Below, one piece after another: positions 35,635-47,946 of a stretch of DNA of 64,000 nucleotides (within the stretch, counting starts at the first letter, position 1; each line of letters starts with the position of its first letter). The notes under the pieces were generated by a model that was not told the origin of the DNA, did no database searches, and was given only the letters and a program-made list of their open reading frames with translations. Source of the stretch: Schizochytrium sp. TIO01 (lineage: Eukaryota > Protista > Bigyra: Labyrinthulomycetes); NCBI GenBank assembly GCA_004764695.1, contig SMSO01000037.1, positions 4,626,747 to 4,690,746 of the forward strand, in the 5' to 3' direction. The position numbers and the translations under genes were made by a program.

Positions 35635-38600
35635 TTGAACAAAACTAATAAAGATTTGTAAAATCTTCTCATCGTAGGGAATATCCTGTGGAATATCTTG
35701 AGTTACACGCCACCATTCTATAGAGAGAGTTTAGCTTTAGCCAACGATTCAAATGGCATATAGCCAACAGGGGCCTATGTAGTTGCTATCAGCATTTCAA
35801 ATAATTTGAATAGGGCAATGCACATGTGATAGAGGATATATTCGAAAGCCAGTCGTGTCTGAGTAGAAGGGGGGAAAACATGAATCGAGGGATCTTATGC
35901 AACATGGTTTATACCAGGAAAACTCATGCTCTACTGGTCAGTTATATTATTCTTCAGTCCTTGTTTTGATATCCAAGCGAGATTAACGGGGCGCAATAAA
36001 TTTGTTATGTCAACAAACTTCTACCGAATAAACGAGCCTTTTCTCAAGCAGACGGTTGTACTGAAGTCTAAGTTCTATCAATCGTCAGGCTTCTCTCGGC
36101 ATTCTCTGCGATGCCAAATTGTTGTATGCTGGATATTGTTGCTGCATAGAGCTCTGGCCCTAGATATGGGGAATTCAAATGATTTGCAATATCAATAAAT
36201 CGGAGATCCTATGGTAATACATGTCTTTTGGAAAAATGAAGACTCTACTCGTTTCTTCGAGGCAATTTTTCGATGTTGAAAACTAAAAGAAAGGTTGTGC
36301 ATCAAAACGAATAGATAGATGCATTGGTGTACAGTTAAATATAGGGTCTCGCTAATTACTAAGTGTTGTTTATCTCTGGGAACATTACGCAAAATTGTAG
36401 TTATGAACGTGCAGACTATCACAAACTGTTTTAAGACAACCCAGTGTAAAGTCAAAATGAATCTTCGCTTGACTACTAACGAGATTTAAATAGTCTTCGA
36501 CGCTTGCGTAGCATGATGGCCGATGCGTGAGGTTATCTGCCAGTGCCATGGTACTTCAACAGGTAATTGAACCCGAAAAAAATTAAACGACATTCTTCAT
36601 TTTAGAACAGAGCATCAAACTTTTGATAATCAGTATACAGTCAGCTTACGCCAATGCCAACTCTATTCCTCATTTGGGCGATTAGAAATCTCATGCGAAA
36701 TAAAAGTATTAACTCGTTTAACATATAGTGCTTGAAAGTATTGCTTAGCTGCACAGCCTTTGATATGCAAATCAAAGGGATTTAGGTACTTAAAGATAAG
36801 CTATGCGAGCCACGAATCATTTTTGGTAATATGGAGGACAGTGCAATGGGTGCCAGGACTGTTCAACTTGTTGAGAAAATTAGACAAACATAAAATTTGT
36901 TAAATTAATAAGCACTGTTTTAGGATATGCCTGTCCTCTCTGGTATTCATGTTATATTTCGAGAGCAAAATTCATTTTCTCCTATTCTGTACAAGTTGGA
37001 CCTTCCAAAAGTGATAGGTGGATTCTGTTGTGGGGTACCTCTGAGGTTTGCAGCTACCTAGTATACTGTAGTAGCCTTTAAATCTTTCCTCCACAGCAAC
37101 AACTGCTCGACATGAAATGTAATTAATGCTTCATATATTTCTTTTCTTTCCGTTAACACAAATGTCTCGTTATCTTCCATGTAATGAGTTAGGCTTGCAC
37201 CCTTTACTGAGCTATGCTATGCCGCTCAGAAAAGCTTTTCAACAGCTTTTCACGCGTCATTTATTTCTCGCTTGGAAGGAGAAAAGTGGATTGTGTACTG
37301 CTTTGCTTTGCTGTTGTTATTATTCCTATTGCTATGTAGCAGCTAAGAAGGCAATGATAGCCTTTTAGGAGCATTAATGGCCTGATTTGATCCAAGCTGG
37401 TCCAGAATTCTTAACTTATGATTGCATAGTAACACAAATGAAGTGAGCATTCGCCGGGGCACTTCGTTTAGTTATTACTACAAGCCTGATTGCTTTACTT
37501 TGGTAAAATGATATGGTTGGGGACCCCGACCTTTGATTTTGGCCGTAGCCTGCGCTAAGCAATAGATAAGGGCACTTACCATCGCAGCTGCTTCGTGCGC
37601 TTAAAACCTATACACACAATAGTAGAAGGCCGCGTGAGACCCCCCCCCACCAATCTCCAGACAATTCATCCGCCAGGCTGACCAGGTTTAGCACTATTTC
37701 ATACTGCATAAATGTTAAACTTAGATGACACAGGTAGGGTAAGAAGAACAGGCTGTGCTTTCTTATCCAAGCAAGGCACAAGGATGCGCTATTCGGAGCT
37801 TCACTTAGGATTTCAAATGCTGTGCAAACTATTCTAAAGGCGCCGCCCCCAACGCTTTCTTTTGTGCACTTTGTCTCTACCTCCGAGACTCACGAGGTCC
37901 CTTTGCACCTGCTTAGCTTTGATTCAAACTTATGATGAGGCAAGGAGTTCTTACAGCTCTGCCCTGCGTAAAGCTGCTTCCCAACTGATCAGTGAACTCA
38001 AGTACCTACTAATCCAAGGTACGCCGTCAATTAGCCTACAGCAAATTTTAACCCGACCATGGCTTTCTCCCCTGGAAAAGTTTGATATGATATCGTCTTT
38101 CGCGTACTCAACGGTCAACCTCGAATTTGCAGACAATGGCTAGCGAAGACATCCGACACAACAAATTATCGTCCAGGTACTAGCTTGATGTTATGCTGCC
38201 AACAGCTCTGGCGAGGCTTCTTCGCTTTGTAAGGAGGAGTAAACTGCAAAACCTGGTGTTGGAAACCGACCGCCTTGCTTTCGAGCAAACAAATTACTGC
38301 CTTGTAATCACATGCGATGCAGATTAGCTGGTAACGGATGACAGTTGACTATATAGGCAGAGGTGTGCCTAGCAAGGACAATTCTCCTTTGCCGGTTCAT
38401 AGCCAGGGAGGTATCTATCTGACTGAGATCATGAGAGACTGTGGCTCGCGAAGAGAGGCCTGGGCTTGAGCTCGTCGGCCAGCCAGCCCTCAGGCCACGA
38501 CGTCTGCGCTGCGAATGCTTCTGCGAGTGTGCCAGAACGTGCAAACCTGTGCAAACTCGTGCGCCAGTGCAGTGAATTAGCGAATCACTTTAACGCATTA

Positions 38601-41172
38601 CCATAGCCGCTCTATCTATATAGTACATAGCGCCTCTTGGAACAAAAGAATTATTCTTATTATTATTCTTATGATCTATTCTTTAAAAAAAATAATTAAA
38701 AAATACCATTAGGACCTAACATAAAACACTTTATTAAGAATATATATACGGAATCAAAGAACTTCGCTCCGCTCAACAACCTGAAGAGCCAAAGGCAATT
38801 TATTGGCCTTGTTTGCTTCAACTTCAGCCATTTATCCAAAGACTCCTGCCAGCTTCGCTCTTCTTAATCCTGTACCTTCAGGGTACTTTCCTTCTTCTTG
38901 TTCAACTTCTTCACTGCATCGAAACCTTTTATCCTATTCTGCATCGTCATCTTTTCACGGTAGGCAGTGTCAAGTGTGCTTTTAATTGCAAAAACTAAAA
39001 CTAAAAACTCTTCTCGTAACGTCGATCAATGCATGATAAATAATAAAAAGTCTATAACTTTTATTTTTCAAAATTAAAATATAAAAGAATAAAACAAAAT
39101 AGAATGTGATACCAAAACAAAACAGTAGCCAGAGCCAAGAAATTTCGCCGCCTTGGCTTACGCTCGACCCCGTAAAGCAAGCCAAACTTTGGGTGCGCTT
39201 CGCCGAGATTCACGAGGGGTGCATAACACCTAACAAAGGCCCCTTTCCTGTTCATGAACCTGGTTTTCCACACGATGAAACGGGCAAAGCCGTTCGTGGC
39301 AGAGAAGCGCAGCCCGTGAGCGCCTCCGCGGTTGGTACCAAACCCGGTACCATCTTCAGTACCTCTTTGTCGCTCACTCACTCATTACACTCTCCAATTT
39401 CAATAAAGCCTTGGCAGAGGGGACAAGCTGGCGTCTCTTCCTCATATGACTGTGGGGTAGCTATGAGAGGAGGATTAGGCAGCAGAAGCAACTGCGAGTT
39501 TCTCCCTGCAAGATACATCGCAAAGCAGCCGAAAGTTGCGGGAAAGCCGGATATTAATGCACAATAAGCAAAGCCTAGCAACCTCAATGTTTTGCTGCAT
39601 AATCCGCAGCAATTTACAGGCAAAGCCCAAAAGAGATCTCTCAGTCTCCCACAGCCCGACGCAGAAACTTCAAGATGAACTTTTTCATGTTGCGTCACTA
39701 CTATAGTTGCAAATAAGTAGTATCTTACCCAAAGTTTATATCTATGAAATATATATAATTTTTTTTAATTAAAAAAAAAAAAGAATATCATAAAGGCAAT
39801 GACTCTTATTTCAGGTTATAAAGTTTCAAAAAGTAAAATAAAAAGTACACCTGGCAATGAGGAGATAAAGAAAAGAAAAGGAGACTTCCAAATTCTCAGA
39901 AGCGTGGTAATTTCCCATCTTTCTGATGAACTTGACCATCTTCACAATTAATTCTTGGCGCCACAATCTCTGCAAATGGTCGATGTACCTACGTCATCGC
40001 AAGGTCTTCGATGCCAATCGCTTCATGCCGATGCAGCTCGTCTGCAGAAGTCAGGCAGGAGCAGCTAGCTAGCTAGTTCCATGGAGAGAATGTCCGTGCA
40101 AGAACTTGAAGCAAGCAAAAGGACCCGACGCCGAGAATTCTGTCTCTTGGCACGCAAGAGTTTCGCCGCCCACCTCCGCCTTTCAAGCTCTTCCCATTGA
40201 CCTTGAAATCAGCAACAGACCTACAAATCTATTCATTCATTCATTCATTCATTCATTGACTCACTCACTCGCTCATTCAAGGAAGGCACGCATTTCTTTG
40301 ATCAAACTGCATTCATGACCTTCGTGAAGACCAAGAAAACGTAGGCTATAGCTTGATTTTATTCATCTTGACGCAGCTCATCAAATCGCATCGACGCCTT
40401 CGAAGTGATTTTAGAGGATTTTCTTCGAGTCGCTTGTTTTCCATAAACTTCTCTTGCAAAAGAGGAAATTAAAATAGTTTGAAACTATATGACATGCATG
40501 AAAGTATGTTGTCCAAAGTTATTTGAGATATATATATGTACATTTTTATTTTTATTTTATTTTTAAGTGAGGGAAGAAATGGAAGATCATTACGCAACTA
40601 ATGGATACCATAGGAGTGGTAGGCAGAGACTCGAAGAAATAGAGAGGAAAAGAGAAATAGTTTTCTTCTTTTGCGTTTCTTGGCGAGCAAAGCAAGCACT
40701 GGTAGAGATAACGGTAGAAGAGACATTAGCACTCGTGAAGGCAGGCATTAGCAACACCAATAAGCCGCCGGAAGGCGACCAACCTACCTGCGGCAGACCG
40801 CAATTGAGGACGCCGGGACAGCTCGCCCGCTGCTCGCTCCCTCGCACTCTCTTTCTCACGCACTCTCCACGGCGGCGATCGATTTCACAACATCGCTTTC
40901 AAGGCTTACGGCAGGAAGTGGCTTGTTGAGCTGCTGAGGTGGAGGTGCGTGAAAACTTGTTAACAGACGCGACTGCAGTCTTTCAAAGAGCAGCTTACAG
41001 GGAAAGCAAAAGCCCTGTTACCTCTGGCGGCGACAAGATCTCCGTGAAGAGCGGGGTGCTTTTGTGGAGTTTCGAGATCTCTTCTGGGTTCTTGAGGCGT
41101 AAGACTTTCCTTCTCGAAGAGAAATTGGCTCTTTTGCGAGGTGAAGATTTGTCGGCGCAGTAAATCGAAAAC

Positions 41173-41997
41173 ATGGCGAACATGGCTGCGAGATCCATGA
41201 GCCGCGGCACAAGCGGTCTCTCGGAATGGGACGTTGTCTCTGAAGGCGCCCTTTCACAAGAGAGGTACAGCACGGGGTCACTGACGAGCGACGAGTCGGA
41301 TGCCGTGGTTATTTTTGGTGGAAGACATGCGCCCTCGCCAAGAGCTCCTCTGCGGGAATCAGCATCCACGCTTGCGGAGACTAGCAACCATTCGAATGCT
41401 CTCCACCAGTACTTTTACGAGACAGAAGATGACGATTCTAAGCTGGCTCGTGTCGGGAGCCGTAATCTCCAACGTCAGCATAGTGTGGAAGGCGACAGAC
41501 CCTGGCAGCAAAAGCATCAGCGTCTCCTCTCTGCGGTCTCAGACCTTGCGTCTGACCCCGGTCTCAATCGCGTCAATGCTGGTCTCTTTGGTGGCATCGA
41601 ACAATCCATGCCTATTGAACAACGTCTTCTTGACCAGATTGCGAAGCTCGCTGAGGATCTTGATGATTCTCAGGAACAAACGAAGCTACTCATGCTGCAA
41701 AACGATCGACTTATGTCAGAAAATGACAGCCTCAAGCATCAGCTTCGTATCGCCTTGGAACGTGCTTCGTCTTCTATGGCTCAGCTCGGTGACAGAAAGC
41801 ATGGCGATGAAGATGAGGAAAGTCCAGACCGCATGCGCGTGACTCTGGCGGTAGCTGCGGGTTTTTTCATCATTGGACTCGCCAAGAAACGTCTTCTTAT
41901 GAACAGCTTCGGTCTCCTGGGAGCAGCGATTGGCTGCATGGGCCTACTGCATTTTGTTCATACCGGCGAAACGCGCAAGCGTGATCGCGACTTGTAA
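41173..41997 (+). CDS. Unknown protein: N-terminal LIR/AIM-like motif, coiled coil and C-terminal hydrophobic hairpin (candidate autophagy receptor)
   Basis: 274-aa ORF with host-like codon usage. Contains SEWDVV, a heptad region IEQRLLDQIAKL...LKHQLRIAL, two C-terminal hydrophobic segments and a basic tail. Confidence 0.8.
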   Translation: MANMAARSMSRGTSGLSEWDVVSEGALSQERYSTGSLTSDESDAVVIFGGRHAPSPRAPLRESASTLAETSNHSNALHQYFYETEDDDSKLARVGSRNLQRQHSVEGDRPWQQKHQRLLSAVSDLASDPGLNRVNAGLFGGIEQSMPIEQRLLDQIAKLAEDLDDSQEQTKLLMLQNDRLMSENDSLKHQLRIALERASSSMAQLGDRKHGDEDEESPDRMRVTLAVAAGFFIIGLAKKRLLMNSFGLLGAAIGCMGLLHFVHTGETRKRDRDL

Positions 41998-42699
41998 ACA
42001 AAACTCTATTCTATTTACATAATGTAGACCATGCATGAAAGTATGCACTATAGCGGTAATGTGGACTCACAATTCCTCTGCTATAATTCTGCGAGACTTT
42101 TCATGTTTACTTACTCAGTATTAATAGCTCTTATGACGGGGATTCGATGCCTTTATTTTTTCCACCCTATTATGCCAATAAACTAATCCCTCAAAATAAA
42201 AACCGCCTCTGACTTTTCTTTTACGCAAAGTTCACATAATCTCCGTTCTAACAGCCTTAGGGCTTTTTGTTGAATTTCTTGAAAGTTATTCGCAGAATCT
42301 GATTAACAATTAATTCGATGCTACGGCAATCCAAAGTTGAGGTCAGCACCTTCCCAGTCGGCATTTGCAGTGCAATTGCCAGAAGCTGATCAACCTTAGA
42401 GCCTAACTATTTACACCAGTAAACCAGTAAGCGTACAAATATATATATATATATATATAGAAAATCGGTAGTGTTCTAATGATAACCAGATTGTATGTAT
42501 CCTTTGCTTTCTCTCTTCTCCACAGCTACGAAGAGATATTCAAAGGTAGCGAAGTGTTATATGCTGACTATCTGAGCCCCATGCACGGAGCAATCAGAGG
42601 TACGCCAAGCCATGATAGAATAGAAAATAGATCAAACAACAAGGAAAATAGATTTGAACATAAATGAATGCAGGTATTTGATGACTTGATTCCAACTGC

Positions 42700-43854
42700 T
42701 TAACAGTAGCAACCAGTATCAGGCTCTGCACCAAGACGGTTGCCGTTGTTCACATTTAACTGATAGGGCCCAGACGTAGAGGGCCCTTGTTTGTCTCCGG
42801 AAGCCGCACCCGCGCCAGCGACTGGAGCAAAATCACCACGCCGCACTCCCTGCGCGGGGTCAGCAAGATCAATCAAACCCGAATCTATTTTCCGCATCAC
42901 AGCATCGGCAGTTCGGGTAAATGCATCGTAAACATTCTCACCAGAAAGAGCAGAGGTCTCGAGAAACAGAAGGCCATTTTCACGTGCGAATGTCTCACCC
43001 TCTTCTGTGGAAACGCGACGTTCAACATCGGAGCGGTCACACTTATTTCCTACAAGAGTGATAACAAGGGAGCGATTAGTAGCAGAGCTACGCACGTTTT
43101 CAAGCCAAACTTTCACATCGTCAAAGCTCTCGCGATTATTCACATCATACACAATAAGCGCCGCTGCTGCTTCACGGAAGTAGGCTCGCGTGATAGCTTT
43201 GAAGTACTCCTGGCCTGCGGTATCCCAGATTTGTACCTTTACACGCTTGTTCCTGACACGAATGGTATTCGTACCAAAATCAACGCCAATGGTAGATTCG
43301 TGTGAAGGTCGGAAGCGTTGGTCTGTGAACTGCAGTAGCAAACAGCTCTTACCAACAGCGACACTGCCGACTAGAATGAATTTGAAGAGATAGTTGTATT
43401 CAAAAGAGTTTCCCCGAATCAATTCTCGCGGTGATGCTGTGCCTGAACCCTTCGGAGCTTGTCTGCGGCGTGACCTTGACCGTGTGCTACCAACAGAACT
43501 TGTGGATCCAAATGAGGTTCGGGTGCTACTCTTCACGGATGCCACCTTGGAGCGATCAACGGCCTGGAATGGCCTTCCCCGTGGCTCAAAAAATAAAATT
43601 TCGCCTTCAATAATCTCCTCAACGGAGTCCACTTCGATCCCTTGCTTTGTAAAGACTTTTGGGTCTGGGCATTGGTGGTCCAACTTTAGTTTGTGTGCAA
43701 TTCGAGTAATATTTTCTGCAAGAGACTCCGCTCGGTCTAGCACAACACGACGACCTGCTGCATTGGGACCTGCACCATTTAGGTAGACGCTCACACGAAT
43801 AGGGTTTCCTGTCATTGAAGACGCATATGAACCAAAGCTCGTTGGCGTCGCCAT
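42700..43854 (-). CDS. Rab2-like small GTPase fused to an N-terminal KHA/doublecortin-like domain
   Basis: GxxxVGKSCLLLQFTDQRF, TIGVDFG, WDTAGQE, NKCD, ETSA, C-terminal CYC prenylation motif. N-terminal RVSVYLNG..GRRVV..L..IAHKL..VFTKQG.EVDSVEEI.EGEILFF..G.PF. Confidence 0.92.
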   Translation of the reverse strand: MATPTSFGSYASSMTGNPIRVSVYLNGAGPNAAGRRVVLDRAESLAENITRIAHKLKLDHQCPDPKVFTKQGIEVDSVEEIIEGEILFFEPRGRPFQAVDRSKVASVKSSTRTSFGSTSSVGSTRSRSRRRQAPKGSGTASPRELIRGNSFEYNYLFKFILVGSVAVGKSCLLLQFTDQRFRPSHESTIGVDFGTNTIRVRNKRVKVQIWDTAGQEYFKAITRAYFREAAAALIVYDVNNRESFDDVKVWLENVRSSATNRSLVITLVGNKCDRSDVERRVSTEEGETFARENGLLFLETSALSGENVYDAFTRTADAVMRKIDSGLIDLADPAQGVRRGDFAPVAGAGAASGDKQGPSTSGPYQLNVNNGNRLGAEPDTGCYC

Positions 43855-45708
43855 TGTGGATTTGCTTTTTGATTCGAGAGTTAATTTGCAGACCTCACCT
43901 AGCCTGCAAGATAATTTCCTGTCTCTTTAATAAAATCGCACGGACCGCAGATTGAACAGCTCAGCCTCTGTTAACTCTGCTTATTCCCTTTTTCTTCGCC
44001 CTAACCTGAGATTGGATAGAAGAACAGCTTGGGCAGGCGTCGGCAGTGTTGCCAAAACAACAGATGGACGAAGAGAGGACCACTTGATGAACGAAGAAGG
44101 AAAGGTCGTGCTTGGCGACTAATAATACAGGATCGAAAGGGATCAGAAGCTAGAGAAAGGCAAGATAGATACGGTGCGTTCTCCTTGGACTACTCGCCTT
44201 GGTCTTGTTCGCTTCAAGCCCCAATAAACTTTGCTTCTTCTATGGGGCCGTGGTGGTTCAAGTTGTTGTTGTTGTTGTTGCTAATCTTGCTTCTCTTTAG
44301 GGTCATTTAATAGACTGGTAGAAGTACCTACTCCTACTATTCGTTTGAACTTTCTGAAAGGCAATATTTCCATTCGAAGCGCAGCGCCGTTCTTTCTGCT
44401 CTTGTTTCAACTGCTTTTTTGGAACAGCCGTCGTATGTATGTGGGTAGGCATGGGCATTTCAAGATGGGCATTTGTTTGTAAGCGGAAACCAAAGAGGCC
44501 AGGAGTGGGTCGAATACAGGAGATGGTGGTGATGGCAGGTGCTGGGGAATATGGCGATCGTAGCTGAGACAGTGTTTTGCTCCTTCCTAAGAGTGAAAAA
44601 CAGTGCTCTAGTGATCGTTGAGCCGTCTTTGCAGAATTACTGCTCGGAAGGCGAAGAACGATTTGATGTCTTCGAATAAAAGCTCAGGTTTACTATGGCA
44701 ATAGTTCTTCTATGTGTTGGGAGAAATACTTTGGAAATACCTATTTCTGAGGGGCCAAACATATTCTTATGTTTTTGATTAAAGGGGAGTTTCGTTCACT
44801 TACTTAAATCAAAAGGAAATTGCCTCTTCCTCAAATTTTGCACAATTTGGTTGTGTTCATTGAGTACAACCTCCAAACGCAGAAGGTAAGAGAATAATTT
44901 TGATGTTGTTTCCTCAGAGCAACGAGACGATTAGTCAGTATCAAATGATTAAACATATATCTAAAGGATTATTTTACAAACACAATATACTCTCACTCGT
45001 CAGAGGCACCTTCCTTAAAAAAAAATCTAGCTTGGATAGAATTCTAAGCCAAAATAATCACTCTTTGCAACATTGTATATGCCTGAACTCTTCAAGAAAC
45101 TTATTAGAGTCTGATCCCAAGATCCCGTCCTCCTGTAAGCGTAGATTCCCCCTAACCCCCTCCCTGAGTGTAGGCGCAATCCTCCATCACCATATTACAG
45201 GCAGTTACAATAAATCAAAGATACAGCGTCGGTCAGCGCCTTACTCACCTGGTAAGTTGCGTTGATGGTGCTCGCGCATCGCAACTATGAAGACACTAAT
45301 TTCCGTAGCGATGGCTGTTTCTCGCCGCCGTTATTGGGTGCTTTGTCCTGCGAATCAATCGAATCTTACTTCTCTTAATTTCTTCACTCGTGTGCTTAGC
45401 CCTAGATAGCTAACTACTACTTCTGTGTAACAAAGTCCTCCTCCTCCTCATTTAACAGTGGTGGGTACTATATGCCTCTAATAGTTGTAGTAGCCCTTTT
45501 AACATCATTTATTAACTTTTTGTTATTCATTCCCATTCACTCATTCTCATCCGCCTAACGATCCCAATCCGAATTCCAAGCAATCCGAAGGCCAGGCCCA
45601 GCCCAGCCTCCTCTACTTGCAAGTCCACACATCCTCTTCTGCACAATTACAATCCCTGCGTGTCTCTTTTCTTGTTGCTTTCCCAAAGCACCTTCAACTC
45701 GAGACGCC

Positions 45709-46155
45709 ATGGGTGTTCACGGCAAGCCTCCCGCGGGTCTCTCCTGCAAGGCAACCTGGGAAGACATCACCGAGGAAGACGGTAACTACTGCGAGTACTT
45801 GAGCATGCCTAGCGGCCAGTGGCTTCCCTCTCAGTTCAGTGCGGACACTGTGCGCCACCTATTGCGCACTCAATACGGTCGGTACTTGGAGGACGTTGAG
45901 AAGGCAGCCAAAGACTGTGCCGCAGCTGTGCGCAGGCTAGTGGCTCGTGGTCCTCCGGTATACCTTTCGGACTCGGAGGCACTCCCGCTTGCTGAAGGTG
46001 ACTCATACATTGAGAAGGTCTGGTTTGCTGACGAAGACTGTGAGGTTTCTGCTAAGCTCGAGGGAGCGTTGGAGGGCGAGGAACGCGAGGAGCTCTGGAA
46101 CTCTCAGCGCGAGACTTTGCGCATGATGGAGGCTGCAGAGGCTAGCAGCGAGTAA
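45709..46155 (+). CDS. Small hypothetical protein (possible degenerate RING-like N-terminus)
   Basis: 148-aa ATG-initiated ORF with host-like codon bias and a globular-looking sequence (C..TWEDI..NY.EY, DC..AVRRLV..GPP, SAKL.GALEG.ERE.LW). Confidence 0.8.
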   Translation: MGVHGKPPAGLSCKATWEDITEEDGNYCEYLSMPSGQWLPSQFSADTVRHLLRTQYGRYLEDVEKAAKDCAAAVRRLVARGPPVYLSDSEALPLAEGDSYIEKVWFADEDCEVSAKLEGALEGEEREELWNSQRETLRMMEAAEASSE

Positions 46156-47091
46156 GCCTTCGATGCGGTTTGCTTTGAAACTTTGCATGCGTACGTATAT
46201 ATGCTTATAGGTATGTATGTAAATATGCTCGTATTTTGAGAGGGTGTGGCAGGTGTGCCCCAAATTCGGAGCATCTATGACGCTTCGACCAAGTAGAGCA
46301 AGGCGAAGGACGGGATGCCGGCGCTACTTTAGAACTTCTTTATGTTTGACTACCCTAGGATTTCGTGCTGGTAGGGCCGCCTTAGGCGAGCCCTGCTGAT
46401 GATTTTGATTCTATTTCGTGCTTTGACCTTTTGCCTTGATTTTTGCCTTGACTCAATTTCATTTTGGTATAAAAATTCGACTTACTGTGAGCCTACTGCA
46501 ACCTTTGCCATGGTCTTAGTCGGCACTTGGGGCTTTGCCTTGGCTGACAAATTACTACGTGGGAAATCGTCTTTTGACCTTGAATATATAAAGCCTTGCA
46601 CATTTCTGAAAATTACAGCTGATGTAATAACAAGGTTATTCAATAGTATCCCTGTTTCTTTCACTAAAATTAAACATTTGACAAATGGAAACATTGGATT
46701 AAAACTCGAGACGAATACTATCTATAAGTGGGAGCTATGGCTTCTTTTTGCTTATTGCATTCAAAAGCAACAGCTTGTGTTGAATTTGCTGATTCAAAAC
46801 CAGAATCATCAAATCAAGCGAAGAGTTTATCTTATACTAACTAGAAGGCGACCAAAAGGCACCGAGGGGTTTTCTACGAACATTTTCTTTCCTTTAGTTT
46901 TTTTAAACAATAAATCTGCACCTCGGGTGTCATAGAGCAAACTAAAACTGTCCTGCCTGCCTAAGCGATAGAGGGGAGAGGGGGGGGGAGTGAGATAGGT
47001 TGAAGGTAAGCAAAGTGAGCAAAGGACGCACCCACACACGGAGAGGCATAAAGAGACCTAACAATATCATACCTGCAATACGTGTTTTGCA

Positions 47092-47946
47092 TTATTTTTT
47101 TCCAATGTTGATGCCGAGCATTTTGAGCATGCTCTTAGGGTCTTTCAGCATCTGCTCAATGTACTTATTGTGCAGCAAGTAGCGGTTAATCATGGGGCTG
47201 TTGAGAGCAGTAAGGCATTTGGAGAGCCACGGGGTAGCAATGATGGTGAAGCCCAGTCGCACAGGACCAGTGGCAAGGGTGAGTACATAAGCAATGGCAA
47301 ACTTGCCGTACATGGAGTGTGCTGCAGAGAGCAGGGCCTCCTTCTTTTCGTCATTTACAACTGAGTCAGGAGCATAGTCTAGCAGGAAATCCACATCAGC
47401 AAGGTCCAACTGAAACGCCAGGAAGAGGCCAAGCAAGACCATGCTCCACACAGTTGTGTGGAAAACCACCACGAGCGGGCCGTACTTTTGTACAAGCACC
47501 TGGTAGCGGCCAGTCTTTTTGTTTTGCTCCTTCTTTTTATCGTGCTCCTTGGTGGTGGTGTGAATAACGGTCTCCTTGCTTTGGGAGGCCAGAGTCCTAG
47601 TCGCCATAATCCGGAAGTGGGAAGGTCTTGAGGCCATCAACATGGCATGTGACCTCCATGGGAGTGCCATTGTTGTTGCCTTAATCATAGACCTGGTCGA
47701 AGAAGCTTCACTAGCCAGCTTACCTGTCAAAGTGCTGCTGCAGAACATCCTTTTGCACGCCACAGACCCAAGAGAATGTGTCATGATTGACGACGAATGA
47801 CCAGGCAAGATTGCAGATCTCCTTGACAAGCCAGCCACAGTTGTCAAAGTTGGCGAGGATTTAACAGCGGTAGAAAATGCCATTTTCCCAGCAAGCGTTT
47901 CCCGCTTGGCAAAAAGAGAAGGCGCAAACCCGAGAGCGCGAATCAT
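47092..47946 (-). CDS. FAM210/DUF1279-family mitochondrial membrane protein
   Basis: Long Ser/Arg-rich transit-like N-terminus. KYGP...FH..VW TM segment and GKFAIAY....TGPVRLGFTI..TP match DUF1279. Confidence 0.85.
   Translation of the reverse strand: MIRALGFAPSLFAKRETLAGKMAFSTAVKSSPTLTTVAGLSRRSAILPGHSSSIMTHSLGSVACKRMFCSSTLTGKLASEASSTRSMIKATTMALPWRSHAMLMASRPSHFRIMATRTLASQSKETVIHTTTKEHDKKKEQNKKTGRYQVLVQKYGPLVVVFHTTVWSMVLLGLFLAFQLDLADVDFLLDYAPDSVVNDEKKEALLSAAHSMYGKFAIAYVLTLATGPVRLGFTIIATPWLSKCLTALNSPMINRYLLHNKYIEQMLKDPKSMLKMLGINIGKK

Noticed and set aside
39061-39698. Overlapping 106-153 aa ORFs on both strands
   Set aside because: GTG starts, no recognisable motif and no consistent frame; cannot be supported as a gene.
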